From Mobula hypostoma (lineage: Eukaryota), in assembly GCF_963921235.1 (NCBI RefSeq), contig NC_086097.1, positions 97,032,001-97,096,000 of the forward strand: a stretch of DNA of 64,000 bases, in the 5' to 3' direction. Position 1 is the stretch's first letter. The number at the start of each line of letters is the position of its first letter. Below, in pieces: positions 39,191 to 50,159 of the stretch. The notes under the pieces are model-generated. The model did not search any database. It worked only from the letters and a program-made list of their open reading frames with translations, and was not told where the DNA came from. A program made the position numbers and the translations under genes.

Positions 39191-40130
39191 GGATGGTCAC
39201 CAGTAAGCACTACGTGTCCTCTAACTTACATGGTTTCCTTGTATGCATTTCGGCTCATCTTTCTTTAGTGAAGTCTTCCAGTGTTCCAGTGTCTCAATAT
39301 AAGCCTGTCCTTCAGTGTATGCATGGCCCGTTTTCCTCATCCCTCAAGAGTTTACATTTGGGTCCTCCACTATCCTGTTGCTTTTGGTCTCAGTATTGCT
39401 CTCCACAGCTACAATCAGTATAGGACTTCACTAGATTATCCTCTGCCAGCCCTTAGTAGCCGCCAACCCTAACATGTACAAACTGCCCCTTCGCCGCCAA
39501 GGAATTTTACGCTTCGTATCGTTTGCTTCGTTTTTCGGCCTACACCAGAGGTCGCGATCTGTCCAACCGGAGAATATAGTGGATTGGCCAAGACTAAGTG
39601 CTATGTTGAAATAGTGGGCCAAAGCCGCTCCCTCCAACACCTCGGGTCGTCAACGCTCGTTCCATCTGTAGCAGCGTTTTTTTTTAAATTTAATATTACA
39701 AATAGATCATTCGGCCCATTGTGGCCATGTCAGATCTCAGACTGAGGGATGACCTTACATAAACCCATTAAGAACATTAGTAAGGTGAACAGTCACAGTC
39801 TTTTCCACAGGGTCGGAGAACCTAACTCCAGAAGGCACCGAGGAGAAAAAGTACACACAAAGGGTGGCGGGAATATTTAATAAGATGCCAGAAGAAGGGC
39901 CGAGGCAGTTTCAATTAAAGCGTTTAGAAGACATTTAAAAAGGACTTGGATAGGGAAGGTTTAAAGTGACAAATGGGATTAGCTCAGAGATGTAACTTGT
40001 TTGGCATGGACAAATCGGGCCGAAGGGTCTATTTGTAATGTTAAATTAAAAGCGCTGTAGCGCTATAGCTATAGCTATAGCCTATGTTGTTGTTCGTCCT
40101 TCGTAGTCGAAGATGACCATGGCTTCAAAG

Positions 40131-43100
40131 TCAAATGGGAGATTGGTGGCTGTGGGTCCGGAAGTGACTGATGAGGCCAATCCGGGCCCTGAAGGCTCGC
40201 CCACATATGGGACACAAGTGGGTGGGTGCTGTCGTGGCAGTGGATGCAGCTCGGGCCTTGCGCACAGCACGCTTTCGTTGCGCCTCGATGATGCGCCTGA
40301 CTTCAGCTGCATGGGCTCCTGTGGTGATCTCGCTGCGCCAAGCTGGACGGTCGAGGGCAAGCGTCTCCCACGTGTTGATGTCGACACCCAGGCCTTTGAG
40401 GGACGCTTTAAGGCAGTCTTTGTAACGTTTCTTCTGCCCCCCGACTGAGCGCTTGCCCTGACACAGTTCTCCGTACAGCAGCTGCTTAGGCAATCGGCTG
40501 TCTGGCATTCTGACCACATGTCCAGCCCACCTGGCTTGGGCTTTCAGCAGGAGGGTGTAGACGCTGCAGAGCCCAGCTCGTTCCAGGATTTCCATGTCGG
40601 GGACTTTGTCCTGCCACCTGATGTGGAGGAGTCTGCGGAGACAGCTCAGGTGAAAGTGGTTGAGCTGTTTGGTGTGTCTGCTGTAGACAGTCCAGGTCTC
40701 GCTGGCGTAAAGGAGGGTGGTAAGGACCACTGCACAGTAGACCTTCAGCTTGGTGGTAAGGCTGAGTCCTCTCCGCTCCCAGACGTTCTCACAGAGTCTC
40801 CCAAAGGCGGCGCTGGCTTTGGCAATCCTGTTGTTGACCTCAGCGTCTATATTCACTGTGTGAGAGAGTATGCTGCCCAGGTAGGTGAAGTTGCCGACTG
40901 CCTGGAGGTTCTGGCCCTTCACCGTGATGCGCGGCTCCTGGTATGGCTTTCCTGGGGCAGGCTGGTACATAACTTCGGTCTTTTTGCTGCTGATAGTGAG
41001 TCCGAAGTTGTCGCAGGCTTGTGAGAAGCAGTCCATTGCACGCTGCATCTCCTGCTCTGTGCTGGCGTTGAGTGCGCAGTCATCAGCAAACAACAAGTCT
41101 CTGATGACAGTCTCTCGCACCTTTGTAACTGCCTGCAGGCGCCTAAGGTTGAACAACCTGCCGTCAGTCCTGTATCTGACGTGGATTCCTTCTTCGTAGT
41201 TATGGAAGTCATCTGTCAGCATGGCAGAGAATACCATACTGAACAGAGTCGGGGCGAGAACGCAGCCTTGTCTGACGCCATTTGTCACTGGGAAGGCCTC
41301 CGACTCGTCGCCATCATCCAGAACTTTCACCATCATACCGTCGTGGAACTGCCGGACGATTGTGATGAACTTGCTGGGGCAGCCAAACTTCTCCATGATC
41401 TTCCACAAACCTTCTCTGCTGACCGTGTCGAAAGCCTTGGTTAGATCGACAAAGGTCACGAAGAGGTCGCTGTGTTGCTCCTGGCATTTTTCCTGGAGTT
41501 GGCGCGCAGCAAAAATCATGTCCGCGGTCCCACGTTCAGCATGGAAGCCACACTGGCTTTCTGGGAGCAGACCTTGCTCAAGATGTTGGAGAAGGCGGTT
41601 GAGCAGGACGCGGGCCAGAATCTTCCCCGCAATGGACAAGAGGGAGATGCCTCGGTGGTTGTCGCAAGACTGGCGGTTGTCTTTCCTCTTGTAGATGTGG
41701 ACTATGCTGGCATCTTTCAGCTGTTGCGGGACCTGTCCCTTTTTCCACATGGACTGGAAGAGTACAGTCAGCTTTTGCATCATGACAGGGCCTCCTGCAT
41801 TGTATACCTCAGCAGGGATTGCATCGGGTCCTGGCGCTTTGCCACAGGAGAGTTGCATCACTGCCTTCCTGACTTCATCTACTGTGGGGAGGGTGTCGAG
41901 GTTCTTGTTGATCTCTACCTGGGGCAGGCGGACAATGGCCTCGTCGTTGATGTCGGCAGGGCGGTTAAGGACGTTGTTAAAGTGCTCAGCCCACCGATCC
42001 AGAATCTGCTTCTTCTCTGCCAGCAGCTGCGTCTCATCTGCGTTGAGGAGGAGTGAGGAGCGAGAGGACTGGGGTCCGTATACAGCCTTAAGCGCATCGT
42101 AGAAGCGCTTTATGTCGTGGCTGTCTGCATAGCCCTGGATTTCATCGGCCTTCTTGCTGAACCAGCTGGTCTGCATCTCGCCAAGTTTTTTCTGCACCTT
42201 TCTTCTTGCGTTGGTAAAGGCATCTTTCTTGGCTAGCGACGTGGGGTCGTTCTGATGCGCTCTGTAATGTTGATGTTTCTCCGTTAGTAGTGTCTGTATT
42301 TCTTCATCACTCTCATCGAACCAGTCTTGGTTTCTTCGGGTTGCTGGTCCGAGATGTTCGAGGGCGGTAGTGTAGACAGCGTCTCTGAAGGCCGTCCACT
42401 ATTCCTCAACGCTGGTCCCGTCATCTTGTGGTGTGTCTGGCAGTCTGCGTTCAAGGTCATCGACGAGTTCTTCTGCAACCCTGCTGCTTTTCAGCTTGGA
42501 GACAGTCAACCTCTTTGCAGTCTTCTGCCCTTGGGGTCTTCTCATGGGCAGAATGCGAAGCCTGAACTTGGACGCAATGAGGCGGTGGTCGGTCCAGCAG
42601 TCGGCACCACACATGGCTCTCGTCACTCTGACATCCATCCTGTCCCTCTTCCTGGTGATGATGTAGTCAATCAGACGCCAGTGCTTCGAGCGCGGGTGCA
42701 TCCATGACGTCTTCTTACGGGTGGGTAAGCGGAACAGGGTGTTAGTGATGACAAGGTCGTGTGTGGTACATGTCTTGAGGAGCAGAAGGCCGTTGCTGTT
42801 ACACTTGCCAATGCCGTGTCTTCCAATGATCCCTTCCCAGGTTTGGTAGTCTGTCCCTACTCTGGCATTGAAGTCCCCGAGAACGATAAGCTTCTCTGAC
42901 TGTGGGATTGCTGAGATGAGGGCGTCGAGTTCTTCATAGAACTTGTCTTTAACGTCATCTGGGTTGGTCATGGTGGGAGCGTAGGCACTAATCAGCGTAG
43001 CACTCTTCTTGTTTGCAAGTGGGAGCTGAAGTGTCATCAGGCGGTCGTTGATGCTCTCTGGGTGCTTCGTGAGTTTACGGGCGAGGTTAGAATTGATGGC

Positions 43101-43370
43101 AAATCCCACGCATGCTTCTCGTCGTTCAGCGCTGCTGCGACCGCCCCAGGAGAACGTGTATCCACCACTACGTTCTGTCAGCTGGCCCTTGTCTGCGAGG
43201 CGCGTTTCGCTGACAGCTGCTACGTCCACGTTGCAGCGAGCTAGCTCTTTTGCAACCAGTGCAGTTCTTCTCTCTGGTCTGTCTGCCTTGATGTTATCTC
43301 GCAGAGTTCTCACGTTCCATGTGCCAAGGTTGAGCACCATCACTTTCTTCCGCGTTGGGTTTGCAGTCAT
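40131..43370 (-). pseudogene. RTE ORF (APE endonuclease + RT + C-terminal C2H2 finger, about 1079 codons) with one in-frame TAG
   Basis: ORFs 42399..43460 and 40131..42197 share a frame. Translating across shows only the TAG at 42399-42401. Motifs GTWNVRT, SETR, GDFNA, TDH, QGC, FADD and CPICGRAFRARIGLISHFRTH. Confidence 0.9.
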
Positions 43371-43986
43371 GACTTGCGCTTGACTTGGATTGAAGTGAGG
43401 GAGAGTTGCGCAGGTTGTCAGCCTCACTCTCTCTCCTATCTGGACCCAGTGGCAAGACATAGTCGAGACGGCTGGAGATAGGTCAGGATGCAGTGGATGG
43501 CCAGCAGTGTTCTGTGTGTCTCACTGTGCCCTCTTAGCGCTCCACGACACATTGCTGAGAATCGCCTTTCTGCCCGTTGAACCAGTGATGGTTTCTTCCG
43601 CGCAGTCCGCCGAATCCAGGCTTCACACGCTAGGTAGACAAGCCCTGAGTGTTGTGGGTCTACGGCAGTTCTTGCGGCGTGCTCGCAAGCCTCCCTACCC
43701 ATTGGTGGGCATCCTCATCCGCCTTTGCAGCTGTTGGGAGAGTCTCATCTTCCGCCTGCTCCGCCGTTGGGATGATCACCTAGTGGTGTGGTAATGACAC
43801 CACCCCCTCACTTGTTTTCGCCCGCTAGCTGCTCCACCTTCGCCGGGTCCTGCAGCTGCTCCCGACCGTACCAGGCGGCAGGGGCGGGCGGCGGCGGTCG
43901 CGACGAGCGGCAGGCCAGCTCCAGGCCTCGGGCCTCGCCCCCTTCGCCCGCCGCCGCCTCGCCTTATACCTGTATAATAGGTCCAG

Positions 43987-44145
43987 TGTCAGTTTGGCGG
44001 CCTCGGACGCGAGTCTCAGCACTCACTACCCGCTGTCGGCTCGACCTCGGCCGGGTGTCTCGGCGCTCACGACCCGTGTCGGCTCGACCTCGGCCGGGTG
44101 TCTCGGCGCTCACGGCCCGGTGTCGGCTCGACCTCGGCCGGGTGT
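43987..44145. repeat. Tandem 43-44 bp GC-rich monomers at the RTE 5' end
   Basis: Units tgtcggctcgacctcggccgggtgtctcggcgctcacgRcccg start at 44034, 44077 and 44121 (partial). A diverged unit starts at 43987. Confidence 0.85.
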
Positions 44146-44627
44146 GTAGCCTATACTCTATAGGTCTGTGTCTCTCTAGCCTGTTTATCCTTAGATATTG
44201 TCAGATGGATTATTACTCCATGTCTCTCCACACATTATTTTTGCCGCAGTGACCACCTTTTGCTTCCATTTTTTATTCACTTGCTGTGATCACTCTAACG
44301 AAGCCATCACACAGGAATTCAGTTCGGGTATATGTTTAAATGGTCGGCCCAAATAAACCATGCAGGCGTCCTTGGTACAGTAGAGTTGCGTTTCCTCGTC
44401 TTTAACACTTTACCTCAAATGCTTGTTCGGTTTCCCTTTAAATGTATCAATGTGATTATTTTTAACCAATCTCAGTTGCACCTTTTCAGCACACTTTGGG
44501 TGAAGAGCTTCCTTGGATTTTTAAACAACTGGCTTTCAATGGCGTCCTCCGGTCATGCATTTCCACACAAATATGAACATCCTCGGTGCAGAGAGAAATT
44601 AATTATCACGCAGAAGGCACGAAACTA

Positions 44628-44739
44628 GACTTTAGGTACGGGAGTATCTGTACAGAATGACTCTGGGAATGGGAATTTCTGTACATAAAATGACTCTGGG
44701 TACGAGAGTATCTGTACATAAAGTGACTTTGGGTACAGG
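44628..44739. repeat. Minisatellite, about 3.5 units of 31-33 bp
   Basis: Recurring gactYtRggtacgRgagtatctgtaca-like unit. Confidence 0.75.
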
Positions 44740-44744
44740 CGAGG

Positions 44745-47612
44745 GGATTAAAGCCCACAATTAAGGAGGTAATAGCAAGATGGGGAATTGCCAGACGGGA
44801 CCATGACAATCCACCCCCCCCCACCCCCAACAGGAGCCTCCAAGCTTGTCCGGATGGTCCCGATGGAAGTCTTGGATGAGGGAGGGGTCCAGGATGAAGG
44901 AGCGGAGAACCCAGGAACGCTCCTCTGGCCCGTACCCTTCCCAGTCGACCAGGTATTGGAGGCCCCTGCCCCGACGGCGCACATCTAGTAGCCGCCGGGC
45001 GGTGTATGCCGGATGGTTGTCGATGATCCGGGCGGGTGGAGGGGTTTCGGTCGGAGGACACAAGGGGCTAACGGAAAGTGGTTTTAATTGGCAAACACGA
45101 AAAGTAGGGTGGATGTGCATAGATCTTAGTAGTTTAAGTCGGACTGCTGTGGGGTTGATGATACTTTCGACCTTGAAAGGTCCCAGGAAGCGAGGGGCGA
45201 GTTTCTTAGGCTCGTTTTTCAGAGGGATGTCTTTTGATGAAAGCCACAATATCTGCCCAGGTCAATACTCAGGCGCAGGAGCCCGGTGTCGATCGACAAT
45301 CCTCCTATTGCGATTGGCTGATCTGAGCAGGGCCGTGCGTGTGTCCTCCCAAACCTTGCGGCACCGATGGATGTGGGCCTGAACAGGCAGCGCCGCAATC
45401 TTCTCTTTTTGCGCGGGGAACAACGGGGGATGGTACCTAAGGGAACACTTGAAGGGAGACCTTCCAATGGCAGTACCAACCAGAGAGTTGTGGGCGTACT
45501 CAACCCACGCGAGGTGGTCACTCCAGGTAGACGGGTTGTTGGTTGTAATACAACGTAGCGTTGCCTTCAAGTCCTGTTTGGCCCGTTCCGTTTGCCCGTT
45601 CGTCTGTGGGTGGAAGCCGGATGACAGGCTGACCGAGGCACCTAGGGCTTGATAGGAGGCCTTCCATACCTGCGAGATGAATTGGGGACCTCGATCGGAG
45701 ACGAGGTCCGCGGGGATTCCGTGGAAGAGGAAGATGTGGCGGACGAGAAAGTCTGCGGTTTCCTGAGCAGAAGGGAGTTTAGGAAGGGCTACAAAATGCA
45801 CCGTCTTGGAGGACCGGTCTACCACGGTGAGTACGGTGGTGTGTCCGTATGAAGGGGGTAGACGGGTGACAAAATCTAGGGCGATGTGCGACCAAGGACG
45901 ACCAGGGACAGGTAGGGGACGAAGTAATTCCGCAGGTAGCCAATGGGAGGCTTTTCCACGGGCACAGACGGAACATGCAGAGACATAGGAACGGGTATCC
46001 GCCTCCATGGAAGGCCACCAAAAGTGTCTTTTCAGGAGAGCCAATGTCCGATCACTCCCGGGGTGGCAGGCGAACCGAGATGTGTTCCCCCACCGGAGAA
46101 CCTGAGATCTGACGGAATCTGGCACAAAAAGGCGATCGGCTGGTCCATTGCCGGGTCAGGGTCATCCCGTTGTGCTTCCTTTACTATGGACTCAATCTCC
46201 CAGGTGAAGGTTGCCACCACACAGGATGGTGGGAGGATAGTCTCTGGGCTGGAAGTGTCCTCCTTGGAGTCGTATTGGCGGGAGAGCGCGTCCGGCTTCC
46301 CATTCTTGGACCCTGGACGGTATGTGAGGGAAAACTTGAACCGGCCAAAAAATAATGCCCAACGGGCCTGGCGGGAGTTCAAACGTTTGGCGGTTTGAAT
46401 ATATCCCAGGTTCTTATCATCAGTCCAAAAAATAAACCGGTATTCTGCCCCCTCCAGCCAGTGCCTCCACTCCTCCAATGCTGGCTTGTCCGCCAGTAGT
46501 TCCCGATTCCCCACGTCGTAATTCCGCTCGGCGGGGACAGTCGGCGTGAAAAGAAGGCACAGGGATGAAGCTTTTCGTCTGGACGATCATTGGGACAGGA
46601 TTGCTCCTACCCCGGAGTCGGAGGCGTCAACCTCAACAATGAATTGACGGGAGCGGTCCGGTTGGACCAGGATGGAAGCGGTTGTGAACCGCCTCTTCAG
46701 GTCAGTGAATGTCGAATCAGCCTCGGAGTCCCAACAAAAAGGTGTGGTAGGTGAGGTAAGTCGGGTAAGGGGCGCCGCCACCCGACTGTAATCCCTGATA
46801 AATCGGCGATAAAAGTTTGCAAACGCCAAAAACCGCTGAAGTTGCTTGCGGGTCGTGGGTCTGGGCCATTCTTCCACCGTCCGGATCTTCTCGGGATCTG
46901 CCCTCACCTGCCCGCTCTCGATGACGTAGCCCAGGAAGCTGACCGAAGGGACATGGAACTCACATTTTTCCCCCTTAACAAATAACTTGTTCTCCCACAG
47001 TCTCTGGAGGACTGGACGAACAAGGGGAATGTGTTTCTGGGGGCTGCTAGAAAATATTAAGATATCATCTAGGTAGACGAACACGAAGCGATTAATGAAG
47101 TCCCTCAGTGCATCATTGATTAGGGCTTGAAAAACGGCGGGGGCATTGGTGAGGCCAAACGGCATGACCAAGTATTCGAAGTGGCCCAAAGGTGTATTAA
47201 AGGCCGTCTTCCACTCGTCTCCCTCCCTCATCCTGACTCGATGGTAGGCGCTACGAAGTTCCAACTTCGAGAAGATGGTGGCTCCGTGAAGTGGTTCAAA
47301 TGCCGAGTTAATGAGGTGTAGTGGGTATTTATTTTTAACTGTTATATTGTTTAGGCCTCAGTAATCAATACAGGGACGAAGCGACACATCCTTCTTCTCT
47401 ATAAAGAAGATACCGGCGCACACCGGGGAGGGTGAAGGTCGAATAATACCCGCCGCAAGGGACTCATTAATGTATTATCCCGGCCTCTCTCTCCGGTCGG
47501 GATAAGTTATAAAGACGACTGGTGGGTAACGAGGCCCCGGGGAGAAGGTCGATAGCACAATCCTACGGGCGGTGCAGAGGCAGGGAAAGAGCCCGTTGTT
47601 TGCTGAATACAG
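44745..47612 (-). mobile_element. Ty3/Gypsy chromovirus (sushi-like) pol remnant: RT-RNase H-integrase-chromodomain, PPT and start of 3' LTR
   Basis: RT YLDD (46587..47264). RNase [11 protein letters not shown] / ELLA / TDDKNL. Integrase HPG..CSVC, ALDF, SDRG, NGQTER (45262..46125). Chromodomain [16 protein letters not shown]-rich PPT 44811-44828, then TGTCA from 44808. Multiple frameshifts and stops; no gag or 5' LTR. Confidence 0.92.
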
Positions 47613-48249
47613 TATTCACACAAGGGTAGGCTATCACACTAGAATATATTGACCTTACACAGTTTCAGTTCAGTTTGACTTCTAGGCCATCATCTCTTGG
47701 CCAACTATCAATGGATAAGGATCTTAGAGACACAGCAGTCAATGGCAATGGATTTGTGAACAAGGAAAATACTACTGGGTGTGGCAAGACCATAAAGCAC
47801 CTCAAAGGTACAATTACACTCTGATAATCTGGCAACACAAGACTTTGGTACAACTAGACGTGCCGATTTTCTTGACTATTGGGTGTTACTCTTATTACTA
47901 CCCAGTGCACTTTTACGGAGTAGCACAATAAAATTTCCAGTGAACCAGGTCAGTTTAAAGACAACAGGAAATAACGCAAATGTTCCCGACACCATCTCTG
48001 ATCACAACCCTGACCCCTTGTCTGCACACCTTCCTCTGGCCACAATCCCACCCATATTCCTGACCTGTGGTGTTCCAGTCCCTGGGCCGGGCTCTGGCTG
48101 CCCATTGGCTCTTCAGCTCACATCCTGGACTGATGACTAAACCGTATTCCAAATATCAGAATTCCAAAGTGTCCGAATGCTGAATTGTTAGGGTTTCACC
48201 GCACTTGTGAACAAGAGATGTGGGCCTTATTGAAATAAACATTTTTTAA

Positions 48250-48935
48250 TTTAATTTTTTATTGTAGAGACACATCATGGAATAAGCCCTGTTGGCCCTT
48301 TGAGCCACACTGTCCAGCAACCCCCGATTTAAACCTAGCCTAATCATGGGACCATTTACAATGACCAATTAGCATAGAACATAGAACATAGAAATCGACA
48401 GCACATTACAGGCCCTTTGGCCCACAAAGTGGTGCCGACCAGGTAACCTACTCCAGAAACTACCAAGAATTTCCCTATCCCATAGCCCTAGATCAATGCC
48501 TCTCATTACCTTATACACCTCTATCAGGTCACCTCTCATCCTCCGTTGCTCCAAGGAGAAAAGGCCGAGTACATTCAACCTATTCTCATAAGGCACACTC
48601 TCCAATCCAGGCAACATCCTTGAAAATCTCCTCTGCACTCCCTCTATAGTATCCACATCCTTCCTGTACTGAGGTGACCAGAACTAAACACAGTACTCCA
48701 AGTGGAGTCTAACTGAGGTCTTATATAGTCTTAACATTACCTCATTGCTCTTAAACTCAATCCCACAGTTGATGAAGGATCCTACTAATCTGTCCATTTT
48801 TGGACTGTGTGAGGGGATCCAGAGCACCTGGAGAAAACCCACCGATTCCACAGGGAGGATGTACACACTCCTTACAGAAGACGCTAAGAGTGAACTCTGA
48901 ACTCTGATGCCCCAAGCTGTAATAGTGTTGTGCTA
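48250..48935 (-). mobile_element. tRNA-derived V-SINE (HE1-like), split by a CR1 fragment at about 48372-48778
   Basis: Minus strand reads a tRNA-like head, the V-domain-like gggttttctccaggtgctctgg..cacagtccaaa, a CR1-like tail and an A-rich end. The nested CR1 has EGVQRRFSRMLPGL. Confidence 0.6.
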
Positions 48936-49099
48936 GCTGCTAAGCACCCCTTCTTCTGGGGTTGGCAGGCTATGATAGTGCATCAGAACTTGGACCTTGG
49001 ATTTTATGGGTAGTATCGGTGAGTGAGATACTGGGCTTGAGGGCATGATATTCCACACCACTGATGATGAGAAGCAGAAAGTGGAAGTAAGTTGTAATA

Positions 49100-49852
49100 A
49101 GAATTCTGCAGATGTCAGAAATCTTGAGCAACACACATAAAATACTGGAGGAGAATAAAGAGTTGATGATTTGGGCCGTCACCCTTCAACAGGGTGGAAA
49201 GGAAGGGGGTAGAAGCCAGAATTAAAAGGTGGAGGAGGGGAAGGAGTGAAAGCTGGCAAGTGATAGGTGAGACCAGGTGAGGAGAAAGGTGGGTGGGGAA
49301 ATTTGGAGAGGTTTGTTAGAAGATGATATAAGAAGCTAGGAGCAGGTATGCGGAATTGGGAAGGAACTGAAGAATAAGGAATCTGATAGGAGGTGGCAGT
49401 AGACCATGGAAGAAAGGGAAGGTGGAGAGCCAGAGGGAGGTGATGAGAACAGCGAAGAGGAAGCGAAGTGGTGAGAGCATCACTAGAATGAATGAAATCA
49501 AAGGTTGGGGCGGGGAGGTGAACAGAGGGTTGTGTGTACCAGAAGTTAGAGAAATAGATATTCATGTCATCAGATTGGAGACTACCCAGATGGAATATGA
49601 GGTGATGCTCCTCCAACCTGTGTCTGGTCTAACTGTGGCAATAAAGGAGACCATGGAGAGACATGTTGATGTGGGAATGGGAAGTGGAATTGAAATAGAT
49701 GGCCACCAGGACATCTTGGCTGTTGCGACGGACAGAGTGAAGGAGTTCAACAAAGCAGCCCTCAATTTGCATTGGGTCTCACCAATGCAGAGGAGGCCAC
49801 ACTGTGAGCCCCGGAGACAATAAATGACCCTGACAGACTCACAGGTGAAGCA
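49100..49852 (-). mobile_element. Degenerate Penelope-like 3' fragment
   Basis: FTCESVRVIYCLRGSQCGLLCIGET and LEEHHLIFHLGSLQ, with terminal repeat sequence. Confidence 0.75.
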
Positions 49853-50159
49853 CATTCCTTGTTCTAGTATTGGGCTTCCAGCACCCACAATGCTTTGCTG
49901 CCATTGCCAACCCTCATGTTGTCTCCATGCATTAGGCATCACCAGATTCAAGATTTTTATTTTTTCTACTTTTAGTTTTAGATCCTGTTAAATAATTCTC
50001 TGATGTGGGAGTGGTCACAGAGCCATCATTTTTATACCCTGGCACTGTGACACAATTTTGGCTTGGATTAGTGTATGAATGATATATTCTTGGAGAAACA
50101 ATGACAAAGTTTGATGTGAAGAGAACAAGGGGATATTAGTCCCAATGGTTTCTGCATTG

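Larger units (their letters stand above)
40086..44146 (-). mobile_element. Full-length young RTE-clade LINE
   Basis: 8-bp TSD TAGCCTAT at 40078-40085 and 44147-44154. (ACA)n 3' tail. Single APE-RT ORF and a GC/CpG-rich 5' UTR. Confidence 0.92.

Noticed and set aside
42399..42401. Programmed stop read-through between RTE endonuclease and RT
   Set aside because: RTE elements normally encode EN-RT as one ORF. A single CAG>TAG mutation is the simpler explanation.
40113..43383. Many + strand ORFs (up to 194 aa) overlapping the RTE, and similar antisense ORFs over the CR1 and Gypsy copies
   Set aside because: These are shadow frames of GC-rich retroelement coding sequence with no independent motifs.
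43987..44145. CRISPR-like appearance of the GC-rich repeats (also 44628-44739)
   Set aside because: The units are head-to-tail with no unique spacers, there are no cas genes, and the context is eukaryotic.
43460..44146. HDV-like ribozyme at the RTE 5' end, known for some RTE elements
   Set aside because: I could not assemble a convincing P1-P4 nested pseudoknot by eye. It is unresolved rather than excluded and needs a covariance-model search.
45262..47264. Domesticated PEG10/RTL-like gene
   Set aside because: Multiple frameshifts and stops, no gag, and a retained PPT/LTR start indicate an ordinary dead LTR element.
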